A stretch of 64,000 nucleotides of DNA from Trueperaceae bacterium (GCA_965213705.1 OZ243913.1:32001-96000), one strand, 5' to 3'. Counted from the first letter of the stretch, positions 47,198-57,714 are shown. Notes: generated from the letters alone by a model not told the origin. Numbers and translations: made by a program.

Positions 47198-49492
47198 ATG
47201 GTCAAGATAGCCCAACTCTCTACACGCCGTCCTTGGCTCGTTTTGGGCATCTGGGGCCTTGTTTTACTCTCGGGTCTGCCGCTCGCTTTGCGCGTCGGCA
47301 CGGTGTTGACCAGCGACGTGGGCGCGGCCCCTAACAGCCAAGCCGTCAAGGTGCGCGCCCTGCTCGAGCAGAAGTTTGTCGGTTCGGGCGAGGCGGGGTC
47401 GCAAATCGTCCTCGTCGCGGACGGCCGCGACAGCGGCCTGAGTGCGGTGCGTCTCGAGCGAACCTTCGCCGCCCTGCTCGCCGACCTGCGCATCCTGCCG
47501 GGCGTAGTGGCGGTCCAGAGTTCCGCAGACAACCCGCTGCTGCCCGCTTTCGGTGCAGAAAAAGCCAGCCTCGCCCTTGTCGAGACGGACGCCGCCGACC
47601 GGGAAGCCTCGCTCCAGACCTACGCAACCCTGCGCGAACGCTTGCCCGCGGGGGACGGCGTCAGCTACTACCTGACCGGCGCGGTGGCGGTCGACCAGGA
47701 ACTGCAAAAAATAAGCAAACAAGACGCCCTGCGCGCTGAGGTTCTGGGCTTGAGCGTCAGCCTGGTCGTGCTGGCTTTGGTCTTCGGCGCGGTCGTCGCG
47801 GCGACGCTACCCTTGATTGTGGCGGTCGTGTCCATCACCTTGTCGCTGGCGGCGCTTTACCTGCTCGGCCTGGTCACGCCGGTCGCGAGCTTCGCGCTGT
47901 CGGTCGTGTCGCTGCTGGGCCTAGCGACCGGCATCGACTACGCGCTTCTAATCGTCAACCGCTACCGCGAGGAGTTGACGCAGCTCGCTCCTCAGCAGGG
48001 TGACGTTCGGCAGGATGGTATTCAGCAGAGCAGTATTCAGCAGGACGACGTTCGACAGGCCGTCCAGCGCACCACCCTGAGCGCGGGCAAGGCCGTCGTG
48101 GTGAGCGGTTTGACGGTTCTCGTCGCGCTCTCGGCGCTGCTGATTCCACCGCTGAGTTTTATCCGGAGTATCGGGGCGGCCAGCATCGTGGTGATGTTTT
48201 TCAGCGTGGCGGTGTCGGTCACCGCGCTGCCCGCGCTGCTGACGCTGTTGGGCACCCGCGTCAACCTCCTCAGGCTTACCCGCCGGGAGCCGGGTACGCG
48301 CTCTCGAGCTTTTTGGCGCGCCCGCGGCAGCGCCATCATGCGGCGGCCCGTGCTGTGGACGGTCCTGGGCGTCGCCGTCCTCCTCGCTATCGGCTGGCCC
48401 GCGCTCAACATGGAGTTGGGCATCTCCGGCATCAACGGCTTGACCGCCCAGACCGAGACGCGCCAGGCGCAAAACGTTTTGGAGCGCTTGGGTTTGGCCG
48501 ATTTGGAAGACTCGTTCGACGTGCTCGTCGACTTCGGCGAACGCGGGTTTTACTACCCGTCGTCGGTACGGGACGTGGCGCAACTCACCCGCGCGGTAGA
48601 AAAGCTCGGCGGCGTCGCCCAAGTCTACTCACCGACCACCGCGACCGGTGTGCCCGCCCTTATCACCTACCAGTACTACGCTACTCCCGACCTGGCCGCC
48701 GCCAGTCCGTTGGCCGACCTAGCGAAGGCCACCGTCAGCCGGGACGGCCGCTACGCCCTGCTGCGCGTGTTCCCCAACGAAATTTCACCCAAAACGCTCG
48801 GCACCTTGGCCGCAGGTTTGCGTGAAGCGACCGGCGTTTTGGGATTGAACGCCACGTTCGGCGGCAAACTCATCCAGGAGCAAGAATGGGCCAGCACCCT
48901 CTACGGCAGCTTCCCCTACGCGGTGATGTTCGTTTACCTGTCCACTTTCGTGCTGCTGGGTTTGGCGTTCAAGTCGGTGCTCATCCCCATAAAGTCGATT
49001 TTGCTCAACACCCTGACCGTGCTGGCCGCCTTCGGCGCGATTACCGCCGTGTTTCAAATGGGTTTTCTGGCCCCACTGTTCGGTCTCAGCGGCGGCCTCG
49101 GTTTTGTCGAAACGAGCGTGCCGGTGTTTATCTTCGCAGTCGTCTTCGGCCTCAGCATGGACTACGAGGTTTTTTTGGTCTCGCGCATCTACGAGGGCCA
49201 CCAGCGGGGCTTGAGCGACCGCGACGCCGTCCTGCACGCGCTGGTCTCGACCGGCAACGTTATCAGCAGCGCCGCTTTAATCATGGTCATCGTGTTCTCG
49301 ATTTTTATTTTCAGCCACATCGTCCTCATCAAAACCCTGAGTTTGGGCCTCAGCGTCGCGGTACTTCTCGACGCGACGCTGGTCCGTTCGGCGCTCGTTC
49401 CCGCGATGATGCTGCTGATGGGCAAGTGGAACTGGTGGTTGCCCAAACCCGTGGCGCGGATTGCCAAGCGGGTGGACTTTGGGCATGATTGA
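47198..49492 (+). CDS. MMPL-family (RND) transporter
   Basis: GLATGIDYAL...RYREE, FGLSMDYEVFL.SRI.E, LDATLVR..LVPA and WNWWLP. Confidence 0.93.
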   Translation: MVKIAQLSTRRPWLVLGIWGLVLLSGLPLALRVGTVLTSDVGAAPNSQAVKVRALLEQKFVGSGEAGSQIVLVADGRDSGLSAVRLERTFAALLADLRILPGVVAVQSSADNPLLPAFGAEKASLALVETDAADREASLQTYATLRERLPAGDGVSYYLTGAVAVDQELQKISKQDALRAEVLGLSVSLVVLALVFGAVVAATLPLIVAVVSITLSLAALYLLGLVTPVASFALSVVSLLGLATGIDYALLIVNRYREELTQLAPQQGDVRQDGIQQSSIQQDDVRQAVQRTTLSAGKAVVVSGLTVLVALSALLIPPLSFIRSIGAASIVVMFFSVAVSVTALPALLTLLGTRVNLLRLTRREPGTRSRAFWRARGSAIMRRPVLWTVLGVAVLLAIGWPALNMELGISGINGLTAQTETRQAQNVLERLGLADLEDSFDVLVDFGERGFYYPSSVRDVAQLTRAVEKLGGVAQVYSPTTATGVPALITYQYYATPDLAAASPLADLAKATVSRDGRYALLRVFPNEISPKTLGTLAAGLREATGVLGLNATFGGKLIQEQEWASTLYGSFPYAVMFVYLSTFVLLGLAFKSVLIPIKSILLNTLTVLAAFGAITAVFQMGFLAPLFGLSGGLGFVETSVPVFIFAVVFGLSMDYEVFLVSRIYEGHQRGLSDRDAVLHALVSTGNVISSAALIMVIVFSIFIFSHIVLIKTLSLGLSVAVLLDATLVRSALVPAMMLLMGKWNWWLPKPVARIAKRVDFGHD

Positions 49493-49494
49493 GG
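49283..49494 (+). repeat. Direct repeat copy 1: intact 3' end of mmpL
   Basis: Aligns by eye with 50266-50467. Confidence 0.9.
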
Positions 49495-49634
49495 ATAGAC
49501 GACAATTAACTTTGAGATTGGTTGGGCGAAGCAAATTCGATCTACGGGTCAAAGCAGTCAAACCTACGAGGGACATCTACGACCTCGGGCTTTTGATGAT
49601 TGACCCGGCTTCCAAAAACGCCTATCCTTGAAGT

Positions 49635-49919
49635 ATGTCTATCGAACTTCCCCAAGAAGCCGAGCAGTTTGTCAAGCAGCAGCTCGCCACCGGGCAATAC
49701 GCTGACGAGAGCGCGGTCGTGGCCGAAGCGCTGGCGCGCTGGCAGCAGCAGAAGGCGGTAGAAGCGGACATCCGTGCCGAGGTGCAACGCGGCCTTGATG
49801 ACTTAAATGCTGGACGCTACCGGACGGTCAGTACCTCCGAAGAAGCGAAGGCATTTGGCAATGAAATTAAGCAGCGTGCCAAGAAGCTGAAAGCCGAGCG
49901 TGAGCAACGCGCCCGCTGA
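49635..49919 (+). CDS. parD: ParD-like ribbon-helix-helix antitoxin
   Basis: MSIELP.E.EQFVKQQLATGQY..ESAVVAEAL, EVQRGLDD..AGR. Stop overlaps the toxin start (TGATG). Confidence 0.85.
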   Translation: MSIELPQEAEQFVKQQLATGQYADESAVVAEALARWQQQKAVEADIRAEVQRGLDDLNAGRYRTVSTSEEAKAFGNEIKQRAKKLKAEREQRAR

Positions 49920-50227
49920 TGGGTGTTTACCGCATATCCGATGAAGCCGCCGCAAACCTTGCCGAGCTGACGGATGGCATGATGGAGCGGGGCGCAAGTC
50001 CTGAGAGCACAGACCGTTTTGTTGATGGACTGTTGGAGAGCTTTCAAAACCTGGCCGATTTCCCCGACATTGGAACCCCTCGGGACTACCTCCCCGCCTC
50101 CGTTCTGGCTTTTCCTTACCGCAATCACATGATCTACTATCGTAAGACCGCTGAGGGCGTCGAAATTGCGCAGGTATTGTATGGCGGCAGGAATATGGAA
50201 ACCTATTTTTTAGGGCGGGATGAGTAA
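49919..50227 (+). CDS. parE: ParE/RelE-family toxin
   Basis: YRISDEA..NL, LADFPDIG..R, HMIYYR and VEIAQVLYG.R. Confidence 0.87.
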   Translation: MGVYRISDEAAANLAELTDGMMERGASPESTDRFVDGLLESFQNLADFPDIGTPRDYLPASVLAFPYRNHMIYYRKTAEGVEIAQVLYGGRNMETYFLGRDE

Positions 50228-50265
50228 GGCTCTTCGGCCCTTGTGTTCTACTGCGGACTAGGTAT

Positions 50266-50467
50266 ATGCTCATCACTTTTCTATTTTCAGCCCCATCATC
50301 TTCATCAGAACCCTGAGTTTGGGCCTCAGCGTGGCGTCGCGGTGCTCCTCCACGCTGGTCCGCTCGGCCCTCGTCCCCGCAATGATGCTGATGAGCAAGT
50401 GGAACTGGTGGTTGTCGAAGCCCGTGGCAAGAATCGACAAGTGGGTGGACTTTGGGTATGATTGAGG
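50266..50467 (+). pseudogene. Direct repeat copy 2: decayed duplicate of the mmpL 3' end
   Basis: Shares aaccctgagtttgggcctcagcgt, gcaagtggaactggtggttg and gggtggactttggg(c/t)atgattgagg with copy 1, with small indels. Confidence 0.88.
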
Positions 50468-50510
50468 CCACTTCATTGAAAGCTTGACTGAATTCAGTTA
50501 GATTAGTTGT

Positions 50511-51569
50511 GTGGACTTCAGTCAGCTAATGCTTGAGCCTGAGCAAATTGAGTTACTCGTATCGCTTGTTCAAACAGATAGGAAACTGCCTTATAAGAAT
50601 CGGGGTGAGTTCATATTTGTAAAAGATATGGATGGTAGCTCAGTGGGCCACGAAAAGTTACCTAACGGTGGCTTTGAAGTTTCCCGTGGTGATTTAGAAG
50701 CTCTTGAAGACGAAAAACTTATTAAATGCCGCCCATCAAACTCTAACCTAGAGTTTTCTTTCTCTATCACGCCACGCGGCTCAGCCTATTTTGACTTCCT
50801 CACTGCGCCAGACCAAACAGCCTCTTCTCAAAATATGTCAGAACAAGCCGTTCAAGTGGAGCAGCCGAAAGGTGGAGCATTGAAACCATTAACTAAGGAT
50901 GCGGTCTATAACGCTTCCTTACAGTTGATAAAGGAAATCGGTAGTATCACAACTCTGGACGTAAAGAACAGACTAAGAGAGCTGAATTATCACGCAATAC
51001 AATCAAATGTTTCTTCTCTAATGTTAGAAATAGCAATGGACAAGAGTTGGCAATGGGTAGTACAAGAGGATCACCGCGTTTACTCTCTGCCAACAGCCTC
51101 AAATAGAGAAATTATGAGTTCGTCAAAAAAGGTTTTTATCATTCACGGGCACGACAAATTGACATTGGATAAAGTCGAAAATACGTTGTGGCGTATTGGC
51201 TGCGAACCCATCGTTTTTTCGAGAATTCACAATCGGGGTGCAAAAACAAATATAGAAATTCTTGAGAGCGCCCTTCCTACATCTGATGCTGTCGTTGCCC
51301 TACTAACACCAGATGACGAGGGAAGAAAAAAAGGTATAGAGAAACTCGAGCTGCGAGCACGCCAAAATGTTTTAATTGAAGCTGGCTATGCTTTAATCTC
51401 GAGAAGGAAAACATCTCTGATTGTAGCGCTTGGTGGTGTCAGCATTCCTTCTGACCTTGATGGAATAAATCGGTTACAATTTGAGTCTTGGAACAGATCA
51501 GCAGAAATTGATTTATCTCGAGAGCTAGGTAGCATTCTTGAGTTTGAAGTAGACGTAAATCGTATATAA
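50511..51569 (+). CDS. TIR-domain protein (CAP12/Pycsar-type nucleotide-binding TIR) with N-terminal helical/wHTH-like domains
   Basis: KKVFIIHGHD, ALLTPDDEG, RARQNVLIEAG and IPSDLDGI. AT-rich. Confidence 0.85.
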   Translation: MDFSQLMLEPEQIELLVSLVQTDRKLPYKNRGEFIFVKDMDGSSVGHEKLPNGGFEVSRGDLEALEDEKLIKCRPSNSNLEFSFSITPRGSAYFDFLTAPDQTASSQNMSEQAVQVEQPKGGALKPLTKDAVYNASLQLIKEIGSITTLDVKNRLRELNYHAIQSNVSSLMLEIAMDKSWQWVVQEDHRVYSLPTASNREIMSSSKKVFIIHGHDKLTLDKVENTLWRIGCEPIVFSRIHNRGAKTNIEILESALPTSDAVVALLTPDDEGRKKGIEKLELRARQNVLIEAGYALISRRKTSLIVALGGVSIPSDLDGINRLQFESWNRSAEIDLSRELGSILEFEVDVNRI

Positions 51570-51618
51570 AACTTTGCCAACTTGGAAACGCTACACCAAT
51601 AATAATTTTCCCATCAAC

Positions 51619-52413
51619 CTAAGACCCCTCCGGCTTCACCAACCCCCGCGGCGTCAGCGCAACTTCCAAGCGGCTCAAGGCAAAGTCCACCACCAGCGCC
51701 AACAGCGCGACCGGCAACGCGCCCTCCAAAACAAGCGCCAAGTTCCGCACCGCCAACCCGGCGATAATCGGCACGCCCAAACCGCCCGCCCCGATAATCG
51801 GCGCGACCGTCGCCGTGCCGATGGTGTAGACGACGCTGATGCGCACGCCTGCCAAAATGACGCGGGTGGCTAGGGGCAGCTCGAGCTTGCGCAACATTGT
51901 CCACGGCCCCATGCCCATGCCTCGAGCCGCTTCTTTCAGGGTGGCGGGGACGGCCTCGAGCCCAGCAATCGTGTTGCGCGTGACCGGCAGCAACCCGTAA
52001 GCCACGAGCGCGATGAGGGTCGGTTGTAAGCCGAAGCCGAAAAAAGGCAGCGCCAGCGCCAGCACCGCAATCGGCGGAAAGGTCTGTCCGACTGAAAGAA
52101 GGTTCGAGGCCAGCGGCAAAAACGCCCGCCCGCTTGGGCGGGTGAGCCACACGCCCAAAGGCAGGCCGATAGCGAGGATAATCCCGACCGAGACGCCCAC
52201 GATGACGAGGTGTTGCAGGGTCAGGGCGAACAGGGTGGCGCGCTCGAACATGACGGTGCGCTGCTCGGGGAACAGCGCGCGCAGAAACGTCGCCCACAAA
52301 GTTTGTTGAGACAACAGGAACAGCAACGCGGCAAACAGTAAAACGGCGAGCCCAAAGCCGAGCCAGGGGTTTCTCGGTGGGCGCGCCGTCGTTTTTTGCG
52401 CTGTGGCCGTCAC
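51619..52413 (-). CDS. Osmoprotectant ABC transporter permease
   Basis: QTFPPIAVL, EAARGMGM, ELPLA and IGAGGLG. Confidence 0.92.
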   Translation of the reverse strand: MTATAQKTTARPPRNPWLGFGLAVLLFAALLFLLSQQTLWATFLRALFPEQRTVMFERATLFALTLQHLVIVGVSVGIILAIGLPLGVWLTRPSGRAFLPLASNLLSVGQTFPPIAVLALALPFFGFGLQPTLIALVAYGLLPVTRNTIAGLEAVPATLKEAARGMGMGPWTMLRKLELPLATRVILAGVRISVVYTIGTATVAPIIGAGGLGVPIIAGLAVRNLALVLEGALPVALLALVVDFALSRLEVALTPRGLVKPEGS

Positions 52414-53519
52414 AATTCCGTCCCACTGTCCTGGGTCTCCGCGGTGAGCGACACGACCTTGACGAGGTCCAAACAGCCGAGCAAATCGCCCTGGTTTGAC
52501 ACCACCGGCAGCGACACCACGCCTTGCGAGAGCATCCGGGAGAGGGCGTCGCGGGCGTCGTCGTCGTCGGTGACGGCGTAACTCGCTACGTCGATGTGGG
52601 TATAGGCCTGCTCGACGTTGCGTTCGTAGCGGAACGCCTTGCGGTCGAGCCAGCCGAGGAGTTTGCCGTTTTGGGTGATGTAGACGGTCGGGTGCTGTTT
52701 GAGGGCGGCGGCGGCTTCCTCAGCGCTCGAGTCCACGCTCAACATCGGAATCTCGCCCATCAGTTCGCGTACCGGGATGCGGCTGAGGCGCTTCAGCGCG
52801 CGGTCCGAGCCGACGAACTGCCGGACGAACCGCGTTTTGGGCTCGCTCAGGATGGTTTCGGGTGTGTCGTACTGCTCGACCCGCCCGGCGTTCATCACGC
52901 AGATTTTGTCGCCCAGTTTGATAGCCTCGTCGATGTCGTGCGTGACCATCACAATCGTTTTTTTGAGTTGCCGCTGCAAGCGCAAAAACTCGTCTTGCAG
53001 GCGTTCGCGCGTGAGCGGGTCGACCGCGCCGAAGGGCTCGTCCATCAGCAGCACGGGCGGGTCGACCGCGAGCGCCCGCGCCACCCCGACGCGCTGCTGC
53101 TGCCCGCCCGAGAGTTCGCGCGGGTAGCTGTCGCGGTAGCGGTCGGGCTCGAGCCCGATGAGTTCCAACAGCTCGTCCGCTCGAGCCGCGCTTTTCGCTT
53201 TCGGCCAACCCAACAAGTCCGGCACCACCTGGATATTTTGCTTCACCGTCATGTGCGGAAACAGGCCGATGCTCTGGATGACGTAGCCGATGCCGCGCCG
53301 CAACGTCTGCGGGTCGAGCGTCGTGGTGTCGTCCCCACCGATGTAAACCTTGCCCGCACTCGGCTCGATAAGGCGGTTGACCATCTTCAGTGTCGTGGTT
53401 TTGCCACAGCCCGACGGGCCGATGAGGACGACTAAGTCGCCTTCGTCCACCGTCAAACTGATGTCTTTGACCGCGTAAACTTCGCCGTAGGTTTTGCTTA
53501 GACCCTCGAGCTGTATCAC
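52410..53519 (-). CDS. Osmoprotectant ABC ATPase with CBS domains
   Basis: GPSGCGKTT, LSGGQQQR, MDEPFGAVDP and a C-terminal CBS pair. Confidence 0.94.
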   Translation of the reverse strand: MIQLEGLSKTYGEVYAVKDISLTVDEGDLVVLIGPSGCGKTTTLKMVNRLIEPSAGKVYIGGDDTTTLDPQTLRRGIGYVIQSIGLFPHMTVKQNIQVVPDLLGWPKAKSAARADELLELIGLEPDRYRDSYPRELSGGQQQRVGVARALAVDPPVLLMDEPFGAVDPLTRERLQDEFLRLQRQLKKTIVMVTHDIDEAIKLGDKICVMNAGRVEQYDTPETILSEPKTRFVRQFVGSDRALKRLSRIPVRELMGEIPMLSVDSSAEEAAAALKQHPTVYITQNGKLLGWLDRKAFRYERNVEQAYTHIDVASYAVTDDDDARDALSRMLSQGVVSLPVVSNQGDLLGCLDLVKVVSLTAETQDSGTEL

Positions 53520-53520
53520 C

Positions 53521-54951
53521 CTAACCTCGCAAGCCGCGCGGCGTGAGGAGAACGCCCGCCAGGCGTAACAGGCCGTCGACCAGCAGCGCCAACAAGATAA
53601 TCGGAATCGCGCCGAGGAGAATGAGGTCCGGCACGACCTGGTCGATGCCGCGTTGGATAAAGGTGCCGAGCCCGCCCGCGCCGATAAGGTAGGCGACCGT
53701 CGTGATGCCGATGGTCAAGACCGCAGAGGCGCGCAAGCCTTCGACGATTAACGGCAGCGCCAGCGGCAGCTCGACCCGCCGCAGGATTTGCCCCGTACTC
53801 ATGCCCATGCCGCGGCCCGCTTCGACGGCGGCGCGCGGCACCTCTTTGATGCCCGTGTAGGCGTTGCGGACAACCGGCAGCAGCGCGTACAGCGTGAGCG
53901 CGATGAGCGCCGGGGCCGTGCCGATGCCGCGCACACCTAAGCTTGAGAGCGGCGCGCCGAAACCCTGCCACAGGTCCAATTGCCCGAAATCGAGGCTGAA
54001 GAGTGCGACGATAATCTCGTTTAGAACTACCGCGAGAATCACCGTGAGGAGCGAAACCGGGATTAGAGCCAAGACGAGGATGAGGATAGTCACGCCGCCC
54101 CGCACTCGAGCCCCCCACCTCTCCCCCCAGCGCCACAGTACAAAACCGAGGATGAGCGCCGGCAGCCCGCCCAGCACCACCACCAGCGCGGCCCCGCCCA
54201 CCGTCAGCGTTTGCCCCAACCGCGCCAGCGGCCCGAGCATTATTCCGAACAGCGCGAGCGAGGGCAGCGTTTGCAGCAAACTTGCCGTCGGCAGCACGAC
54301 GGACGCGACCTCGTCGCGCCGCGCCGCGAAAATCGCCGCGGGCAGCCCTATCAGGGTTGCGAGCAGCACGCTCGTCCCCGATAACGCGAGGTGCCGCAAC
54401 GTCTCGGCGCGGAAGTCCCCGCCTTGGCTGGCGAGTTCTCGAGCCAGTCCTAACTCGCTCAAGGTGCCGGTCACTACCAAGAAAATCGCGACCAGCAAAC
54501 TTGGCGCGACCATCAGTGTTTTTGTCCAGACGTTGCCGCGCGCCTCGTTCAAGGCCCCAAAGACACACGTGTAGTACGCCAACAGCGTCAGCCACACGCC
54601 GCCGAGAAGGGAGACTCGAGCGCTCCGTGCCGCCTCATGGAGAAGCACCCCTGTTCCTTGAGAAACGGATAAAAGAGCGGCAATGAGTGCCGCCGCCGCA
54701 AAGCCGCTCACCAGCCAAGGCCGGAGAGGTATTTTTGCCAGCGCGACCACGCCGACCAGCAACCAACACGCCACCAACACCCACGTCCACAGCGGCGCCA
54801 AACCGAGCGCCCCGTACGCTTCGCCCTGCACGAGCCGGTTGGCCTTGAACAGCAACCAATCCGGACTGAAAAAAGGCAGTTGCAGCAGCGCCAATCCGCC
54901 CACGACCGCCCCGGCGAGGGCGACCGGGTTGACGCGGGCTCGAGCGTTCAC
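53521..54951 (-). CDS. Osmoprotectant ABC permease (YehY-like, extended)
   Basis: QTLPSLALFG, GIGTAPA, EAGRGMGM and IGAGGLG. Confidence 0.88.
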   Translation of the reverse strand: MNARARVNPVALAGAVVGGLALLQLPFFSPDWLLFKANRLVQGEAYGALGLAPLWTWVLVACWLLVGVVALAKIPLRPWLVSGFAAAALIAALLSVSQGTGVLLHEAARSARVSLLGGVWLTLLAYYTCVFGALNEARGNVWTKTLMVAPSLLVAIFLVVTGTLSELGLARELASQGGDFRAETLRHLALSGTSVLLATLIGLPAAIFAARRDEVASVVLPTASLLQTLPSLALFGIMLGPLARLGQTLTVGGAALVVVLGGLPALILGFVLWRWGERWGARVRGGVTILILVLALIPVSLLTVILAVVLNEIIVALFSLDFGQLDLWQGFGAPLSSLGVRGIGTAPALIALTLYALLPVVRNAYTGIKEVPRAAVEAGRGMGMSTGQILRRVELPLALPLIVEGLRASAVLTIGITTVAYLIGAGGLGTFIQRGIDQVVPDLILLGAIPIILLALLVDGLLRLAGVLLTPRGLRG

Positions 54952-55113
54952 GGGTTTGCGTTTTCTCTCACGACCGTCTCCTCAGCTGGAAAAGGTTTCG
55001 AGTCAGTTTGGCTCGAGCAAGGGCGCGGCAGCGCAGGGAAAAAATGTTTCGACTCGGTACTTTCAACTCGGCACTCGGTACTTCCTCCATCCCCCAAACT
55101 CAATCCCAAACTG

Positions 55114-55149
55114 AAAATGAGGTTGGGCTCAGTGCGCCAACCTCATTTT
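55114..55149. terminator. Hairpin after the binding-protein gene
   Basis: AAAATGAGGTTGG-N10-CCAACCTCATTTT. Confidence 0.7.
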
Positions 55150-55167
55150 GTCTCTAGCGAACGTCGC

Positions 55168-56082
55168 TTACTGCAAAAAACCTTGCGTCGTCAAAAAGTC
55201 CCGCGCCACGGCCTCGGGGTTCTCACCGTCGACGGCGACGCGGCCGTTGAGACTGGACAGGGTCGCCTCGTCGAGCGTGGCAAAAACGGGGTCCAGAATG
55301 TCGGCGAGTTCGGGGTACTGTTCAAACACGCTGGTGCGAACCGACGGGGCGGGTTGGTAAATGGCGACCGCGCCCTCGGGGTCGGTCAAGGCGACCAGTC
55401 CGAGCGCGCCAATCGCGCCGTCGGTGCCGTAGGCCATCGCCGCGTTCACGCCGTCGGTGCCCTGCGCCGCGGCGGTTTCGGTTTGCGTGGTGTTGCCGCC
55501 CGCCAAAATCACGAGCTGGTCGTCGGCGACGCTGAAGCCGTAGGTGGCTTCGAACGCCTTGAGCGCGTCTTCGCGGTCGACGAACTCTTGGCTGGCCGCG
55601 AGCTTGAACTCGCCGCCGTCGTTGATGTAACCGGCCAAGTCGGCGATGGTTGCGAGGTTGTTCTCTTGCGCTAAGCTTTCCGGCACGGCGATGGCCCAGG
55701 TGTTGTTCGCGGGTGAGCGACCGAGCCAGGTGACGCTGTTTTGCTCCCCGTCCAAGTTTTTAACCGTGTCGTACAGTTCTTCGGCGTTTGTCGCTACGCC
55801 TTCGGGCAGGTCCTGGTTTTCAAAAAAAGTGAGCGCGGTGCCCGTGTACTCGGGGTACAGGTCGATTTCGCCGGCCAGCAGCGCCTCGCGCACAACCGAG
55901 GTGGTGCCGAAACCCGAACGGTCGTTGACGGTAAAGTCGTTGGCCTCGAGCATCAGCCGAATGACCTGCGCCAACACCGAGCCTTCCGTGTCGATTTTCG
56001 AGCCGACGGTGACCGGTCCCTTTTGGGCGAAGCCGGAGCCTATCAGCAACGCCGCGAGAAGAATGAGCCCTAGTTTGCGCAC
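55168..56082 (-). CDS. Osmoprotectant/glycine betaine ABC substrate-binding protein (OsmF/YehZ-like)
   Basis: VGSKIDTEG, YPEYTGT, ANNTWAIAV and YGTDG. Confidence 0.92.
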   Translation of the reverse strand: MRKLGLILLAALLIGSGFAQKGPVTVGSKIDTEGSVLAQVIRLMLEANDFTVNDRSGFGTTSVVREALLAGEIDLYPEYTGTALTFFENQDLPEGVATNAEELYDTVKNLDGEQNSVTWLGRSPANNTWAIAVPESLAQENNLATIADLAGYINDGGEFKLAASQEFVDREDALKAFEATYGFSVADDQLVILAGGNTTQTETAAAQGTDGVNAAMAYGTDGAIGALGLVALTDPEGAVAIYQPAPSVRTSVFEQYPELADILDPVFATLDEATLSSLNGRVAVDGENPEAVARDFLTTQGFLQ

Positions 56083-56228
56083 GATGACCTCCCTTAGGTC
56101 TTTACGTGCCTCAACCTTACCGACTCAACTCCGCCACCCACTGTATAGCCGCTTACCTAAACGTTCAGACGTAAGGTTTGATGAAACGTTCAACCGCAGG
56201 GGTTTCATCGCTGAGTTTTTTTCGGCTT

Positions 56229-56483
56229 TTACGCCGCCCGCATCTGCGGCAGCATCGTTTTGGATGGAGCCAGGCTGACGCCGGCCGGCGCGAACTGGCG
56301 CTTGCAAGCGCGGCACTCGACGTAGTCGGCGACGAGGCCGTTTTTGAAAAGGCGCACGTTCAACAGGGTAAAGTAGGTCGGCACCTGAAAGTAGCGGTAG
56401 CGCCGCTGCCGCTCGCACTGAGGACATGAAAATACGCCTCGCTCGACCTCTTCTAAGCGCGCTTCGGTTGCCCATAAAGTCAT
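56229..56483 (-). CDS. Small zinc-ribbon protein
   Basis: CPQC...YFTL..V.LF...VECRAC, with a GAGGAG RBS. Confidence 0.7.
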   Translation of the reverse strand: MTLWATEARLEEVERGVFSCPQCERQRRYRYFQVPTYFTLLNVRLFKNGLVADYVECRACKRQFAPAGVSLAPSKTMLPQMRAA

Positions 56484-56595
56484 GCTGTACTCCTCGGTTA
56501 CAGGTTTCGTAACCAGCCCACTCTCTGAACCTCCATCTTAACGGCTGAAGCTCCAAATGGCCGGTCATCCGTCACGCTTCTCTTGACCGACTCTC

Positions 56596-56648
56596 TTGAC
56601 CGACGCAGCACAGCCGCTTTAGAATACACATGATGTGTAATTTACACA
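56596..56648 (+). promoter_or_regulatory. Promoter and overlapping palindromes upstream of ddl
   Basis: TTGACC-N18-TAGAAT, then TACACA-TGA-TGTGTA and TGTGTAA-T-TTACACA. Confidence 0.5.
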
Positions 56649-56700
56649 GACGAGACAGAAACAGACAAGACAGACACGAGGCGGGCGGAAACAAGCCCGT

Positions 56701-57714
<1,014 letters not shown>

